From: a virus
DNA length: 64,000 nt
Strand: one strand, 5' to 3'
Virus record (IMG/VR): IMGVR_UViG_3300048583_000274
Coordinates: 1 to 64,000 of that record
The translations under genes were made by a program, and so were the position numbers. This document shows, one piece after another, positions 16,730 through 25,749 of this stretch. The notes beneath the pieces were generated by a model. That model did not search any database and was not told where the DNA came from. It was given only the letters and a program-made list of their open reading frames with translations. How positions within the stretch are numbered: position 1 is the first letter of the stretch; every line of letters begins with the position of its first letter.

Positions 16730-17512
16730 TTATCTGTAACCTTGCATCATTTCTCTAGCTTCTCTCTCAACAATTTCTTGTTCAGTTTCTTCTTTTACTT
16801 CCGGAGCTTTGTTTTCCTCTTCAAAGTCTGTACAAGTCTCAAGGATAAAATCTTTTTGTTCTGAAGCAGGAAGAGTCTCAGCAATGCTTTTGATTAACTT
16901 GAATTTTTCTTCCTCTGACATATCAGAAACAACTTGAGTAGGCCCTACAGGAGAAGTAGCTTTAGGCTCTTTAGCTACAACAGCTTTAGGCTCTTTCTTT
17001 TCAGCTACTTTTTTCACTACCTCAACTACTTCAGCCACAGCAGGTTTAGAAGCTTTAAGAGTACCATTACTTGAAGTATTTCCTGAGTAAGAATTCCATA
17101 AGGTTCTTAACTCTTCTGTTCCTTTAGTAGTGTAGTTTTTTCCTTGATTAAAGTGAGCTTTTGCTTCATCCGGGTTAGAATTAACAGCTTCCTGAATGTT
17201 AGCTCTCAATTCTTTGTAACTTAACTCTGCTCCGGACTTAGTTTGTTTAGGTCTAAGGAATAATCTGAAGTTTCCTTCAGGTAACTTAGCTAAATCATTA
17301 ACAAGGTCAGCTCTATTGATGTTTTCAGCAGCAAGTAAGCTATTCAAATCAAAACCTTGTCTTTGAACTAGGGGTTTTAATTCTCCCCAAGTTGAGACAG
17401 CAGTTGTAATTTTTTTCATTTCACCACCTCTAGTGGCATAGATTGTTATCTCTCTTTCAAGAGTAACAGGAGTTTGTACTTCACTCATTGTTTTTGTTAT
17501 TAAGATTACCAA
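16730..17512 (-). CDS. hypothetical protein with beta-grasp/ubiquitin-like N-terminal pattern and charged low-complexity tail
   Basis: The probable start is MSEVQT (ATG at 17488). Residues ~20-95, ITIYATRGGEMKKITTAVSTWGELKPLVQRQGFDL...GNFRLFLRPKQTKSG, mimic the ubiquitin strand/helix pattern (compare LHLVLRLRGG). A K/E/P/A/V-rich region follows. Confidence 0.5.
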   Translation of the reverse strand: MVILITKTMSEVQTPVTLEREITIYATRGGEMKKITTAVSTWGELKPLVQRQGFDLNSLLAAENINRADLVNDLAKLPEGNFRLFLRPKQTKSGAELSYKELRANIQEAVNSNPDEAKAHFNQGKNYTTKGTEELRTLWNSYSGNTSSNGTLKASKPAVAEVVEVVKKVAEKKEPKAVVAKEPKATSPVGPTQVVSDMSEEEKFKLIKSIAETLPASEQKDFILETCTDFEEENKAPEVKEETEQEIVEREAREMMQGYR

Positions 17513-18048
17513 TTGATTGTTTTTTGTCCTTTCTTTTTCAGAATGACATTTACATATTCTAAGTTGTTAACATAAATTCCTCTGAATATGTAATTATAAT
17601 CTTCATTTAAAGGGATAAGTTGAATAGTTTCATCTGTATACCTTTGCACATTAAAAATAGATTTTCTAGGAAGATTAGCAATAAATCTTTGTGCTTCATG
17701 ACTAGGAAATAGCCAAATGCAAGGATTACTCCTAGCAATAAAATATAATACTGTCTTTAAGAAAGATTCCCAATATGGGGCATGATCTATAGTAACTCCA
17801 CTAGTTAGAGACAGAGGTAGCCAAAATAGGCCTTGTTCCTCTTTTTCCCTTATGTTGGGAAGCTTTGCAGATCCTACTAATACAACTTTAATTGAAGATA
17901 CCGGCATAGAAAAAACCCTGAAAACTTTATCAGCTTCAGGGTAATATTTTTCTTTAGGCAAGATTTCATATTTAAAGAAGAGGAATTCATCAGTATTTAA
18001 TTCTTTAAGGATAGGAGTCCAAGAATGATGAATTATGCTTTTATTCAT
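17506..18048 (-). CDS. uracil-DNA-glycosylase-fold protein with degenerate active site
   Basis: It aligns by eye to family 1 UDG: YYPEADKVFRVF (YPPxxDVFxAF), IKVVLVGSAKLP in place of VKVVILGQDPYH, GLFWLP (GLAFSV), and YWESF...WLFPSHEAQ (GWExF...LLWGSHAQ). Confidence 0.55.
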   Translation of the reverse strand: MNKSIIHHSWTPILKELNTDEFLFFKYEILPKEKYYPEADKVFRVFSMPVSSIKVVLVGSAKLPNIREKEEQGLFWLPLSLTSGVTIDHAPYWESFLKTVLYFIARSNPCIWLFPSHEAQRFIANLPRKSIFNVQRYTDETIQLIPLNEDYNYIFRGIYVNNLEYVNVILKKKGQKTINW

Positions 18049-19070
18049 AAAGTAAACTGCTTTATAAAATGTTGAAAGTACTGTGGCTCTTTAGCTCTAC
18101 AGTCTGAAGGGTCTTTTACTCCAAACTCTAAGCCCCTCTCAGGTAGCCATAGATTCTTAGCTTTCCCCGGAAACATGCTATTTATCTTTTGTTTGATTTT
18201 TTCTGAGGCTATTATCCCGGCTTGATCATTATCAAACCATACAATGACATTAACAAAATGTCTAACCAAAGAATAAAGGATTAAGTCATTGGGAATCATT
18301 CCCTCATTTTGAAACCAAACAACATTTTTACCCATGTTTTTAAGTACTCTGTAATCCTTGTAACCTTTAGTAATAATAAGTTCTTGCCCATACATAGGTA
18401 AAAGATGTATACCACCTATATCATCTTTTGTACAATTAGTTAGGAACCTTTTACTGCCGGTTTTTTTAGGAAAATAAACCTTCTTTCTACTATCAGCAAA
18501 CTCAGTATAAGTATAAGTGAAGGGATCACAATTTATTACATGACTTCCTGTTTTAGTATTGAGAAGGTATAATTTAGAGGTAGGGAAAACTTTGTCTTCT
18601 ATAAGATTTGGTTTTGTTATTCCATAAGGAGTGTAAAATCCTTTATCTAAGAGGTTAAAAGCTCTTGCTTCTATAATTAGCTTCACTCTCTTCTTTTCTG
18701 TTCTTACAGTGTCTTCTTTGACCACTATAGAAGGTAATCTGTCTTTACCTTGTATTAAGGTTGCATAGATATACTCTAGAGTCAAATAGAAGTTAGGAAT
18801 TTTGAAGTAGTCTTGGACTAAGTTAAAGCAATCACTATGAGTTCTAGTATGCCCAAAGTCTATAAAATAAAGAATACCATTTGTGTGATAACTAAACCAA
18901 CATCCCGGACTCTTATCTATTCTTAAAGGGGAAACTACATAATCAAACTCTTTTGGAATGTAATTAAGAACAAGAGAAAAGATTTCCTCTTGTGATACCA
19001 ACTGTAATATAGCTTCTTTACTAATAAAACCTCTTCTATGTATAACATCAGATGTATAGTTAAAAGTCAT
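18045..19070 (-). CDS. DNA primase (TOPRIM domain)
   Basis: TOPRIM pattern: ELIITKGYKDYRVL (conserved Glu) and VIVWFDNDQAGIIASEKI (DxD). It lies adjacent to other replication genes. Confidence 0.6.
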   Translation of the reverse strand: MTFNYTSDVIHRRGFISKEAILQLVSQEEIFSLVLNYIPKEFDYVVSPLRIDKSPGCWFSYHTNGILYFIDFGHTRTHSDCFNLVQDYFKIPNFYLTLEYIYATLIQGKDRLPSIVVKEDTVRTEKKRVKLIIEARAFNLLDKGFYTPYGITKPNLIEDKVFPTSKLYLLNTKTGSHVINCDPFTYTYTEFADSRKKVYFPKKTGSKRFLTNCTKDDIGGIHLLPMYGQELIITKGYKDYRVLKNMGKNVVWFQNEGMIPNDLILYSLVRHFVNVIVWFDNDQAGIIASEKIKQKINSMFPGKAKNLWLPERGLEFGVKDPSDCRAKEPQYFQHFIKQFTL

Positions 19071-19104
19071 AGAAGAGGTATTTTAAATATTAAAGATTAG
19101 CTAA

Positions 19105-19902
19105 TTAAGGAGTTGGAGCTGCAGCCCAAGGATTATTTGGATTTCCTGCTACTGCCGGAGCCATTGCAGTTGCTGCTGAAGTTCCTCCCATTTGGCCTAG
19201 AACTTGTTGCTTTCCTTTGTTTCCTGACATAAAGTTAACATCTCTGAAGAAAGGATGCTTTTGCCCATTTGAATTTTCATAAGACAAAGAACCATCTTCA
19301 GCAATTTTCTCTACCCAAATTCCGGGTTGAGCTTGAACAATGAAATAACCACCTTTCATGTTTTTAGGCAATGTAGGGAAAGTTTTATCATTCAAAGTTC
19401 CATCTTGTTTTTTACTGAAGTTCCATTGGTACTCAAGGAATAAATCCAAAGGTCTTTTCTCAAATCCAATAGGAAGTAAGCTAACTACTCTAGAAGCATA
19501 TTCACCAAAACCTCCTGTAATAGGGGTAGCAAATACAGCTTTCAAACTGTCTTCAGAAACTCCTACAGCTTTCAAATAATGAGTTACTGTAGCATTTTGT
19601 TGGGTCATTAAAGCATTGTATCCATCTTTATAAGCTTGAGAAGTCTTATCAGTGATTTCAACATTGTTTTTATCCACTACTTTAGTAACTGGATTGATCC
19701 ATTCATTGTACTTTCTTTCTCCAACTTGCACAATTATCTCAATAGCTTCTCTTGCAGGCTCTCCTACTTTAGCTACATTAGGGTTGTAAGCAAATTTAGT
19801 CAAAACAGCTACTCCAAAGTTTCCTCCAAATTTAGCTCCTGACTTTGTTTTTAAAGATTCATCTGAATCTGATACATATCCGTATCCTACTAATCCATCC
19901 AT
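19105..19902 (-). CDS. hypothetical protein (possible ssDNA-binding protein)
   Basis: 265-aa ORF between the primase and the recombination ATPase. The SSB assignment rests on position only. Confidence 0.45.
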   Translation of the reverse strand: MDGLVGYGYVSDSDESLKTKSGAKFGGNFGVAVLTKFAYNPNVAKVGEPAREAIEIIVQVGERKYNEWINPVTKVVDKNNVEITDKTSQAYKDGYNALMTQQNATVTHYLKAVGVSEDSLKAVFATPITGGFGEYASRVVSLLPIGFEKRPLDLFLEYQWNFSKKQDGTLNDKTFPTLPKNMKGGYFIVQAQPGIWVEKIAEDGSLSYENSNGQKHPFFRDVNFMSGNKGKQQVLGQMGGTSAATAMAPAVAGNPNNPWAAAPTP

Positions 19903-19965
19903 GTGTATAAAATTAAAAAATTTAAAATAAGTAATTTAGTTGTGTTGTCCTATTCTAAGAAAGAA

Positions 19966-20322
19966 TTATGGCCAAACAGTGTCAGTAGCTTCTGAAGTTA
20001 CAGCAGAAGCTTCTTCTCTTTCTTCTTGAGTAGGAGCAGCCTCAGCTAAAGCTTCTACAGTAGTAGAAGTTTCTACTACTTCTGCCACTTCTTCCACAAC
20101 ATCATCAATTAATTCAAATGCCGGCACATGGAATTTTCTGATTTTAAGTCCTGCAGCTTGCAAAACTTTAGTCATTTGAGCAGCATTTAACCCATAATGA
20201 GCCATTAAATCCTCTTTTTTCAATCCATCCTCTACTTGTTTAGCAAGGACACTTTTACTAATTTGCACTTTTTTTGGTGCTTCTTTTGTTGCAACTGCAA
20301 CTTCACTGGTTGTCTCAGACAT
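19966..20322 (-). CDS. hypothetical protein, acidic C-terminus
   Basis: 118-aa ORF in the array. Confidence 0.5.
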   Translation of the reverse strand: MSETTSEVAVATKEAPKKVQISKSVLAKQVEDGLKKEDLMAHYGLNAAQMTKVLQAAGLKIRKFHVPAFELIDDVVEEVAEVVETSTTVEALAEAAPTQEEREEASAVTSEATDTVWP

Positions 20323-20333
20323 ATTTAAAAAAT

Positions 20334-20516
20334 TTAATTGTTTTTATAACCTTTTTGTTGTTCTTTCCATTCTTCCTGAAGCCTTTGTTTTTCTAATTCT
20401 TCAGGAGAAGGTTCTTTTTTCTTCTTTTTCATTGCAGGATAAACTGCAACATATCCTAATAAAATTAAGACACTAAAACCAATAAGTAGAGCAAAGAAAT
20501 TACCCATAATACTCAT
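20334..20516 (-). CDS. small membrane protein
   Basis: 60 aa: one TM helix (FFALLIGFSVLILLGYVAVY), then a K/E-rich tail. Confidence 0.45.
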   Translation of the reverse strand: MSIMGNFFALLIGFSVLILLGYVAVYPAMKKKKKEPSPEELEKQRLQEEWKEQQKGYKNN

Positions 20517-21210
20517 TGATTTTATCTACAACTACTCCTAAATCATTAGGAATAAAGAGACTTGGAAACATTCCAATAGGAGATTTAGCAGAAGAAAACT
20601 GTTCATTTTCATTAGTCAAATACTCTTTTACTGCTTTTTTAGCAGTAGCATCATATCTACTAATTCCAATTAAAGTAATATCTACCTTACCCTCTACAGT
20701 CAAGTACTCATCTACCATTTTACCTGTAGCTTTATACTTCATGTAAGTTCTTCCATCAGCTCCCGGAATACTTTCTCCATGAGCTAAAATAAATATGTTC
20801 TTACCTGCAGAATCAAGTTTCTCAATAGCATCAAAGATTTTACCCATGAAGAAACCAATTTGTTTAGGAGCATCCCAACCTTTAGCAAGAGCATTGGCCA
20901 TAAACCAATTCTGCATTACATAGTTAGAATCATCCCAAACAATGTTCTTAAAAGGACTTCCTACAAGTTGAAGTAAAATAGTTTCAATATCTTTTGCATT
21001 ATCTGTCACAATTCTTCTTCCTGAAGCTAAGTCAGTTATAGAAGTAATAGGATAAGCAGTACCACTTCCTTTAAAAGGTAAAGGTTTGGAGGTTACAGAT
21101 ATTAAATAGGTTTCTTCAGGAACTAATCCTTTTATACCTAATTCCGGAATTTGACCTATACTTGTGGACTTACCAAAGCCACTTGGGGCTAATACTAATA
21201 TTTTTGGCAT
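20500..21210 (-). CDS. P-loop ATPase, Sak4/AAA_24-like recombination protein (putative)
   Basis: Walker A VLAPSGFGKST. Its 236-aa size and position next to the replicative helicase fit this family. Confidence 0.5.
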   Translation of the reverse strand: MPKILVLAPSGFGKSTSIGQIPELGIKGLVPEETYLISVTSKPLPFKGSGTAYPITSITDLASGRRIVTDNAKDIETILLQLVGSPFKNIVWDDSNYVMQNWFMANALAKGWDAPKQIGFFMGKIFDAIEKLDSAGKNIFILAHGESIPGADGRTYMKYKATGKMVDEYLTVEGKVDITLIGISRYDATAKKAVKEYLTNENEQFSSAKSPIGMFPSLFIPNDLGVVVDKINEYYG

Positions 21211-21217
21211 TTGTATT

Positions 21218-22480
21218 TTAAATTATTAAAGGTTCAAATTTCTTAATGTCTCCATACATGTTGACCCTAAAGTGCTGAGGACAAGCACAATGCCTTGATT
21301 CAACTAAATGAATAGTTCTCATATTTGGGTAGATCAAAGATTGATTTTGAGGTCTTCTTATCACTGTCCCAAAGTGTTTAGTCAAGGCAAATTTATCATC
21401 ATTTGGATTAAACATAGTGAAGATATAATTGCTGTCTTCACTAAGATTCCCTGTCTCTTTGATATCATCAGACTGAGGGAATATTCTATCATCATCAAGC
21501 TTTCTTCTTGCTACATCTCCAATTGCTCTATTAAGGTGGATAATATGAACAAAAGTAAAACCACAAGTATTTCTAAACTCTACAGCATATTCAGAGAACT
21601 TATCTACAATATCCTTTGTTTTAAAACCTCTTTCAGGAAGTAGCTTTCTTAAATGGTCAGTGATTATAATAGTGTACTTTTTAGGATTGTTTGGTTTATA
21701 CCCTATCATTCTAGTATAGGTTTGGCCATCTTTTATAGTACTTTTATAAAGGAACTCTCCATGTTCTTTAGCATACTCTACTAGATAGTTTCTTACTCCG
21801 GTAGGATTGTCTTTGTTTTCAAGAAATTTAATAAGTCCTTTGGATAGTTTATTGCCTTTTTCATCATACTCTCCAAACAAAGGAATAATCCTGTTTTTAT
21901 AAGTTTCAACAATAAGGTTAACCATATTCTCAGGAACTTTAATTATTTCTTTTGGCTCTCCTTCTTTACTGTCATAATGAATTTCTCCTCTCAAAAAAGA
22001 GGAAGACAAAGTTACAACATTTTTATCTTTATACAATTTTCCGGGAGGTAAAAGTATCTCATAAATACCATAATCTTTGTTAAGAAAATGAGCCATGAAA
22101 TCAAACTCTTTAGTGACTCTATCTATCTCATAGGAGTTATAGATAAATTCCACATCAAGAAGTTCATTTTGCAGAGCCTCAAATTCTTTATTAAGAGTTA
22201 ACCTCAAGGAAGCATCTGTAGTTACAGCTAATTTAGTTGTTATCTCTGTCAAAGAAGCATTGATCTGTTTATTGTGATTTAACACATAAAAAGCAGGTTC
22301 AATACAAAAACCAACATCTACTAATGTGGATTTTCCTCCTTTTGGAGCTGCAGCCACAGTATAGATTCTTGCTCTTTGAATATCATTAATAACTTGAGAT
22401 ATAGCTTTAAGGCCTTCCCCCATAGGAAGACCTTTATTTAAACCTTTTTGTCCTGCTAGAAATGCTTCTTTAAAATTCAT
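21218..22480 (-). CDS. DnaB/gp4-like replicative helicase (RecA-fold ATPase)
   Basis: Walker A AAAPKGGKSTLV, Walker B-like IIITDHLRKL, and VHIIHLNRA. 420 aa. Confidence 0.55.
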   Translation of the reverse strand: MNFKEAFLAGQKGLNKGLPMGEGLKAISQVINDIQRARIYTVAAAPKGGKSTLVDVGFCIEPAFYVLNHNKQINASLTEITTKLAVTTDASLRLTLNKEFEALQNELLDVEFIYNSYEIDRVTKEFDFMAHFLNKDYGIYEILLPPGKLYKDKNVVTLSSSFLRGEIHYDSKEGEPKEIIKVPENMVNLIVETYKNRIIPLFGEYDEKGNKLSKGLIKFLENKDNPTGVRNYLVEYAKEHGEFLYKSTIKDGQTYTRMIGYKPNNPKKYTIIITDHLRKLLPERGFKTKDIVDKFSEYAVEFRNTCGFTFVHIIHLNRAIGDVARRKLDDDRIFPQSDDIKETGNLSEDSNYIFTMFNPNDDKFALTKHFGTVIRRPQNQSLIYPNMRTIHLVESRHCACPQHFRVNMYGDIKKFEPLII

Positions 22481-22483
22481 AGT

Positions 22484-23053
22484 TTACTGCATTACTGATG
22501 TTATATCTGTCTCTTCCCCTAAAGAGGTATTAGACATGATTTCTTTATACCGGTTAACCCATAATTCTAGGTTAGAAACTCTGTCTCTACCTACTCCTTT
22601 TGAAATAAAATAATGAGAACTAGTCAAATACTCAGCACTATTTAAAGAGCTGAAATATAATTTAGTACCTCCTATTACTTCTTCTTTCCTTACATCAGGG
22701 TTATCTGCAAAGAAAGCTTTCATTCTCTTAATGACATCCTTATCAGGGGCTGTCCTTTTGCTATTCAAGTCCTTAAAACTCTTATTCCAAGCAATTACCC
22801 AATGCCATTTTTCATCTGCATTTTCATCAGCAAATAAAGGAACATTCCATAGAAGTTCTTTTTTACTTGAAATACCTAAGATATTAGTAACATTGATTCT
22901 TTGAATTAGATTAGGAGGAGTATAACTTGGCCGGCAATCAAAATGAATGGAAAGCAAGTAAGCTACTCCATCATTGACAGGTATTCCAAACTCTGTGAGT
23001 ACCTGATTAATTTGTGGATTTATTCTCATCTTCAAGTTTTTTAATTTGTTCAT
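22484..23053 (-). CDS. hypothetical protein
   Basis: 189-aa ORF in the array. Confidence 0.5.
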   Translation of the reverse strand: MNKLKNLKMRINPQINQVLTEFGIPVNDGVAYLLSIHFDCRPSYTPPNLIQRINVTNILGISSKKELLWNVPLFADENADEKWHWVIAWNKSFKDLNSKRTAPDKDVIKRMKAFFADNPDVRKEEVIGGTKLYFSSLNSAEYLTSSHYFISKGVGRDRVSNLELWVNRYKEIMSNTSLGEETDITSVMQ

Positions 23054-23279
23054 TAATCCATTCTATTCTAAAAGCTATATCTCCTCTAGGCCAACAATAA
23101 ATATCTGAAGGATGATTTTTAGGAGGAAGATGGCCATTTAAAAATCTAATTAAATTTATAGATTCCTCTAATGTAATAATATCATGATGCCATAGGACAC
23201 TTCTCCACCAACAAAGACCTGTTTCAAATAATCCCTTATGTTGAAGCATTAGTTCAAGTAATTCTTTTATTGTTCTCAT
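23007..23279 (-). CDS. hypothetical protein
   Basis: 90-aa ORF in the array. Confidence 0.45.
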   Translation of the reverse strand: MRTIKELLELMLQHKGLFETGLCWWRSVLWHHDIITLEESINLIRFLNGHLPPKNHPSDIYCWPRGDIAFRIEWINEQIKKLEDENKSTN

Positions 23280-23281
23280 AC

Positions 23282-23602
23282 TTAAAAGATTATATCATCA
23301 ATATATTCAACAGCAGCATTAATTTTTTCTTCTTCATCTAAATCATCATAGGTCAAAAGATTTCTAAGATGCCTAATATGCTCATGCATAGGTTTAATTT
23401 TAATGGCTAGAATTGGTTCAAGAAATTTTTCAATTTCTTTAACTTGAGCAATAGTAAAAGTTTTATCTGAAGTTTGATAAATCATGTGTCTACTCTTACT
23501 ATACATAGCTCCTGGATTAGTGAGAGGTTTGATAGCTGAACCTAAACCGAGAATTATTTTCCCGGTTTTGGTATATTCATAATAAGCTACAATATTATTC
23601 AT
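23282..23602 (-). CDS. hypothetical protein with LLTYDDLDEE C-terminal motif
   Basis: 106 aa. The C-terminal 25 aa are paralogous to ORF 358..561, and the similarity is also visible at the nucleotide level. Confidence 0.55.
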   Translation of the reverse strand: MNNIVAYYEYTKTGKIILGLGSAIKPLTNPGAMYSKSRHMIYQTSDKTFTIAQVKEIEKFLEPILAIKIKPMHEHIRHLRNLLTYDDLDEEEKINAAVEYIDDIIF

Positions 23603-24102
23603 TACAAGATATCTTTTAGTTTACTCAAAGTGTTGAATAGCTTGTCTTCATTAGAAAGAAATCCATACAACTCTTCTTTTGCTTTTTGTAAAGTAAGAAT
23701 TGTAGTTTGATTAGCTACAATTTTAATTTGAATCTCTAAATCATGTATCCAATCTTCTGCAGGAAGATTACACCAAATACAAGGAGTATACTCTAACTCT
23801 AACTTTTCTAAAGTAGCCTTATATGAAGTATTAAGTGCAGATAACATAGCATGAGCTTTTAATAGGTAATTTAGATTGGCTGCATTATGAATATTAACTG
23901 TATTAGAGTCTAATTCATTATACTTAAAACTTCCGGGATTCCCTATTTTATAAGGTCTTGCTTCTCCCGGAGAGGATACTCCTAATTTTTTAAGCTTTCT
24001 GTCAATAGTTGCAATAGCATTTTTAAGCTTTTTATTCAACTCTACATTAGTAGGAGGAGCTTCCATAAGAAGGCTAGTCCTAGTTGTTACTTTTTTTGTC
24101 AT
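23602..24102 (-). CDS. hypothetical protein
   Basis: 166-aa ORF in the array. Confidence 0.5.
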   Translation of the reverse strand: MTKKVTTRTSLLMEAPPTNVELNKKLKNAIATIDRKLKKLGVSSPGEARPYKIGNPGSFKYNELDSNTVNIHNAANLNYLLKAHAMLSALNTSYKATLEKLELEYTPCIWCNLPAEDWIHDLEIQIKIVANQTTILTLQKAKEELYGFLSNEDKLFNTLSKLKDIL

Positions 24103-24112
24103 TATTCCTAAA

Positions 24113-25486
24113 TTAAATTTTATAGTTTCTACTACCTGCTTGAATAACTTCTACTCCATTTTCTCTAAAAACACTAAGATTTTCTTGATGGTTAGGCATA
24201 TCTGCAAAAGAACCTTCAATCTGAGCTTTAAAGTTAGTAAATCTAATATGCTCTACTTTGCTTTGATCAAAGTTTTCAATAGCATTGTCAAGCCATACAG
24301 TGTCTTGAGTTCCTTCAGATACAATAATGTATAAATGAGCTTCATGTCCTGCTCTGTATCTGATAAGCCTACCAATTCTCTGAACTAAATCTTTCTCTTT
24401 AGAGTTAAGTTGTCCAATAATACCTGAATCTACTCCGGGAAAATTATGCCCTTCATTGACAGCTTTTACACAAGATAATCTATTGATACTTTCATTCTTA
24501 AAAGCTTTGTAAGCAACATCACTAGACTTAGAATGATACCAAGTAGGACAAACTTCTTCAGCTTGTTCTATATTACCACAAAAGATAAGAGTTCTATCAT
24601 TAGGAGGAATTACTTTATCAAGTAAGAATTTGATAGCTACAGTCTTAGAGGGAAGCTTATAAATAAACTGCATTCTTCCAAGTATAGCAAATTTCATTTT
24701 AGCCTTACCTTGAGGAGTAGTATTTCCAAAACATTGTTGTACTCTTCTATTCCAATAAGAATAAGTTGCAGCTTCAGTAGTCATAAAAGGCTTAGTTTTA
24801 GTTCCTCCGGGGATATTCTTAGTTACATTATCCAAAGGAACATATAATACAGTTATCTTATAAGGAGCCACAAAACCTAATCTTACTGCTTGATCCAATG
24901 TAAGTTGATAAACAAGTTTTATCTCCAACTGATTCAAAATATCTGTTTTCTCTTTCCCATCAGGAGGAGTAGCAGTCAATAAAACAGTTCTTTTAATTTC
25001 ATTGTTAATAAAGAACTCAGAAGCAAGGTCTGTAATATTATGCCCTTCATCAAGAATAAGAAGGTCAAATTCTCCTCCATGAATTTTAGAAGCAGAAGCA
25101 TAACAAAGGCTTTTAGTTCTTTTCCACAAAGATTCTGCTCCCCATTTAGAAAACTCTTCTTTCCAATTTTCATCTCTTAACTTTTCAGTAGGGACTATCA
25201 AAGAAAAACATTCATTTTCTAACATATCAGCATAATGTTTAGCCAATTCAACAGCTACTCTAGACTTTCCGGAACCTGTAGCCATAGCTATCATTCCTCC
25301 ATTATTGTCTATAACAGCTTGTATGGCTTCATGCTGTACCTTTTCCCGAACTTTATTTACAAATTCCTCTATTGCTAAAGGTTCAGTAATTTTCTCTCTT
25401 AGAGCCTCTATTTTGTCAATATAGGTTAAGATTGAATTTGGATTTTGTTGAAAGAGAGTTTCCAACTCTCTAAAATACTTTCTCAT
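24113..25486 (-). CDS. SF2 DExH-box DNA helicase
   Basis: Motif I MATGSGKS, motif II LILDEGHN, motif III LLTATP, motif VI QRIGRLIR. Confidence 0.8.
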   Translation of the reverse strand: MRKYFRELETLFQQNPNSILTYIDKIEALREKITEPLAIEEFVNKVREKVQHEAIQAVIDNNGGMIAMATGSGKSRVAVELAKHYADMLENECFSLIVPTEKLRDENWKEEFSKWGAESLWKRTKSLCYASASKIHGGEFDLLILDEGHNITDLASEFFINNEIKRTVLLTATPPDGKEKTDILNQLEIKLVYQLTLDQAVRLGFVAPYKITVLYVPLDNVTKNIPGGTKTKPFMTTEAATYSYWNRRVQQCFGNTTPQGKAKMKFAILGRMQFIYKLPSKTVAIKFLLDKVIPPNDRTLIFCGNIEQAEEVCPTWYHSKSSDVAYKAFKNESINRLSCVKAVNEGHNFPGVDSGIIGQLNSKEKDLVQRIGRLIRYRAGHEAHLYIIVSEGTQDTVWLDNAIENFDQSKVEHIRFTNFKAQIEGSFADMPNHQENLSVFRENGVEVIQAGSRNYKI

Positions 25487-25749
25487 GATAAATACGTGTT
25501 AGGTTTATAGTAGACAGATAAGACAATTACCTCAACTTCTATAGTAATGTTATGTTTTTTAAACTCTTTAAGAGTATTTTTAAAGATAATGTTCTCTTTG
25601 TCTGTGATATAGACTAAAGGAATATGGAATTGACTGTACATTTCTTCTTCTATTGCAGTTTGAGGGACTCCTTTTTCAAAAGCAAGAGGAATGCCTAAAC
25701 TAAATTGGAAAAAATCTCTGTAGTCATAAGGTTTAGTGAGCTTCGGCAT
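25483..25749 (-). CDS. hypothetical protein
   Basis: 88-aa ORF overlapping both neighbours by a few nt. Confidence 0.45.
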   Translation of the reverse strand: MPKLTKPYDYRDFFQFSLGIPLAFEKGVPQTAIEEEMYSQFHIPLVYITDKENIIFKNTLKEFKKHNITIEVEVIVLSVYYKPNTYLS

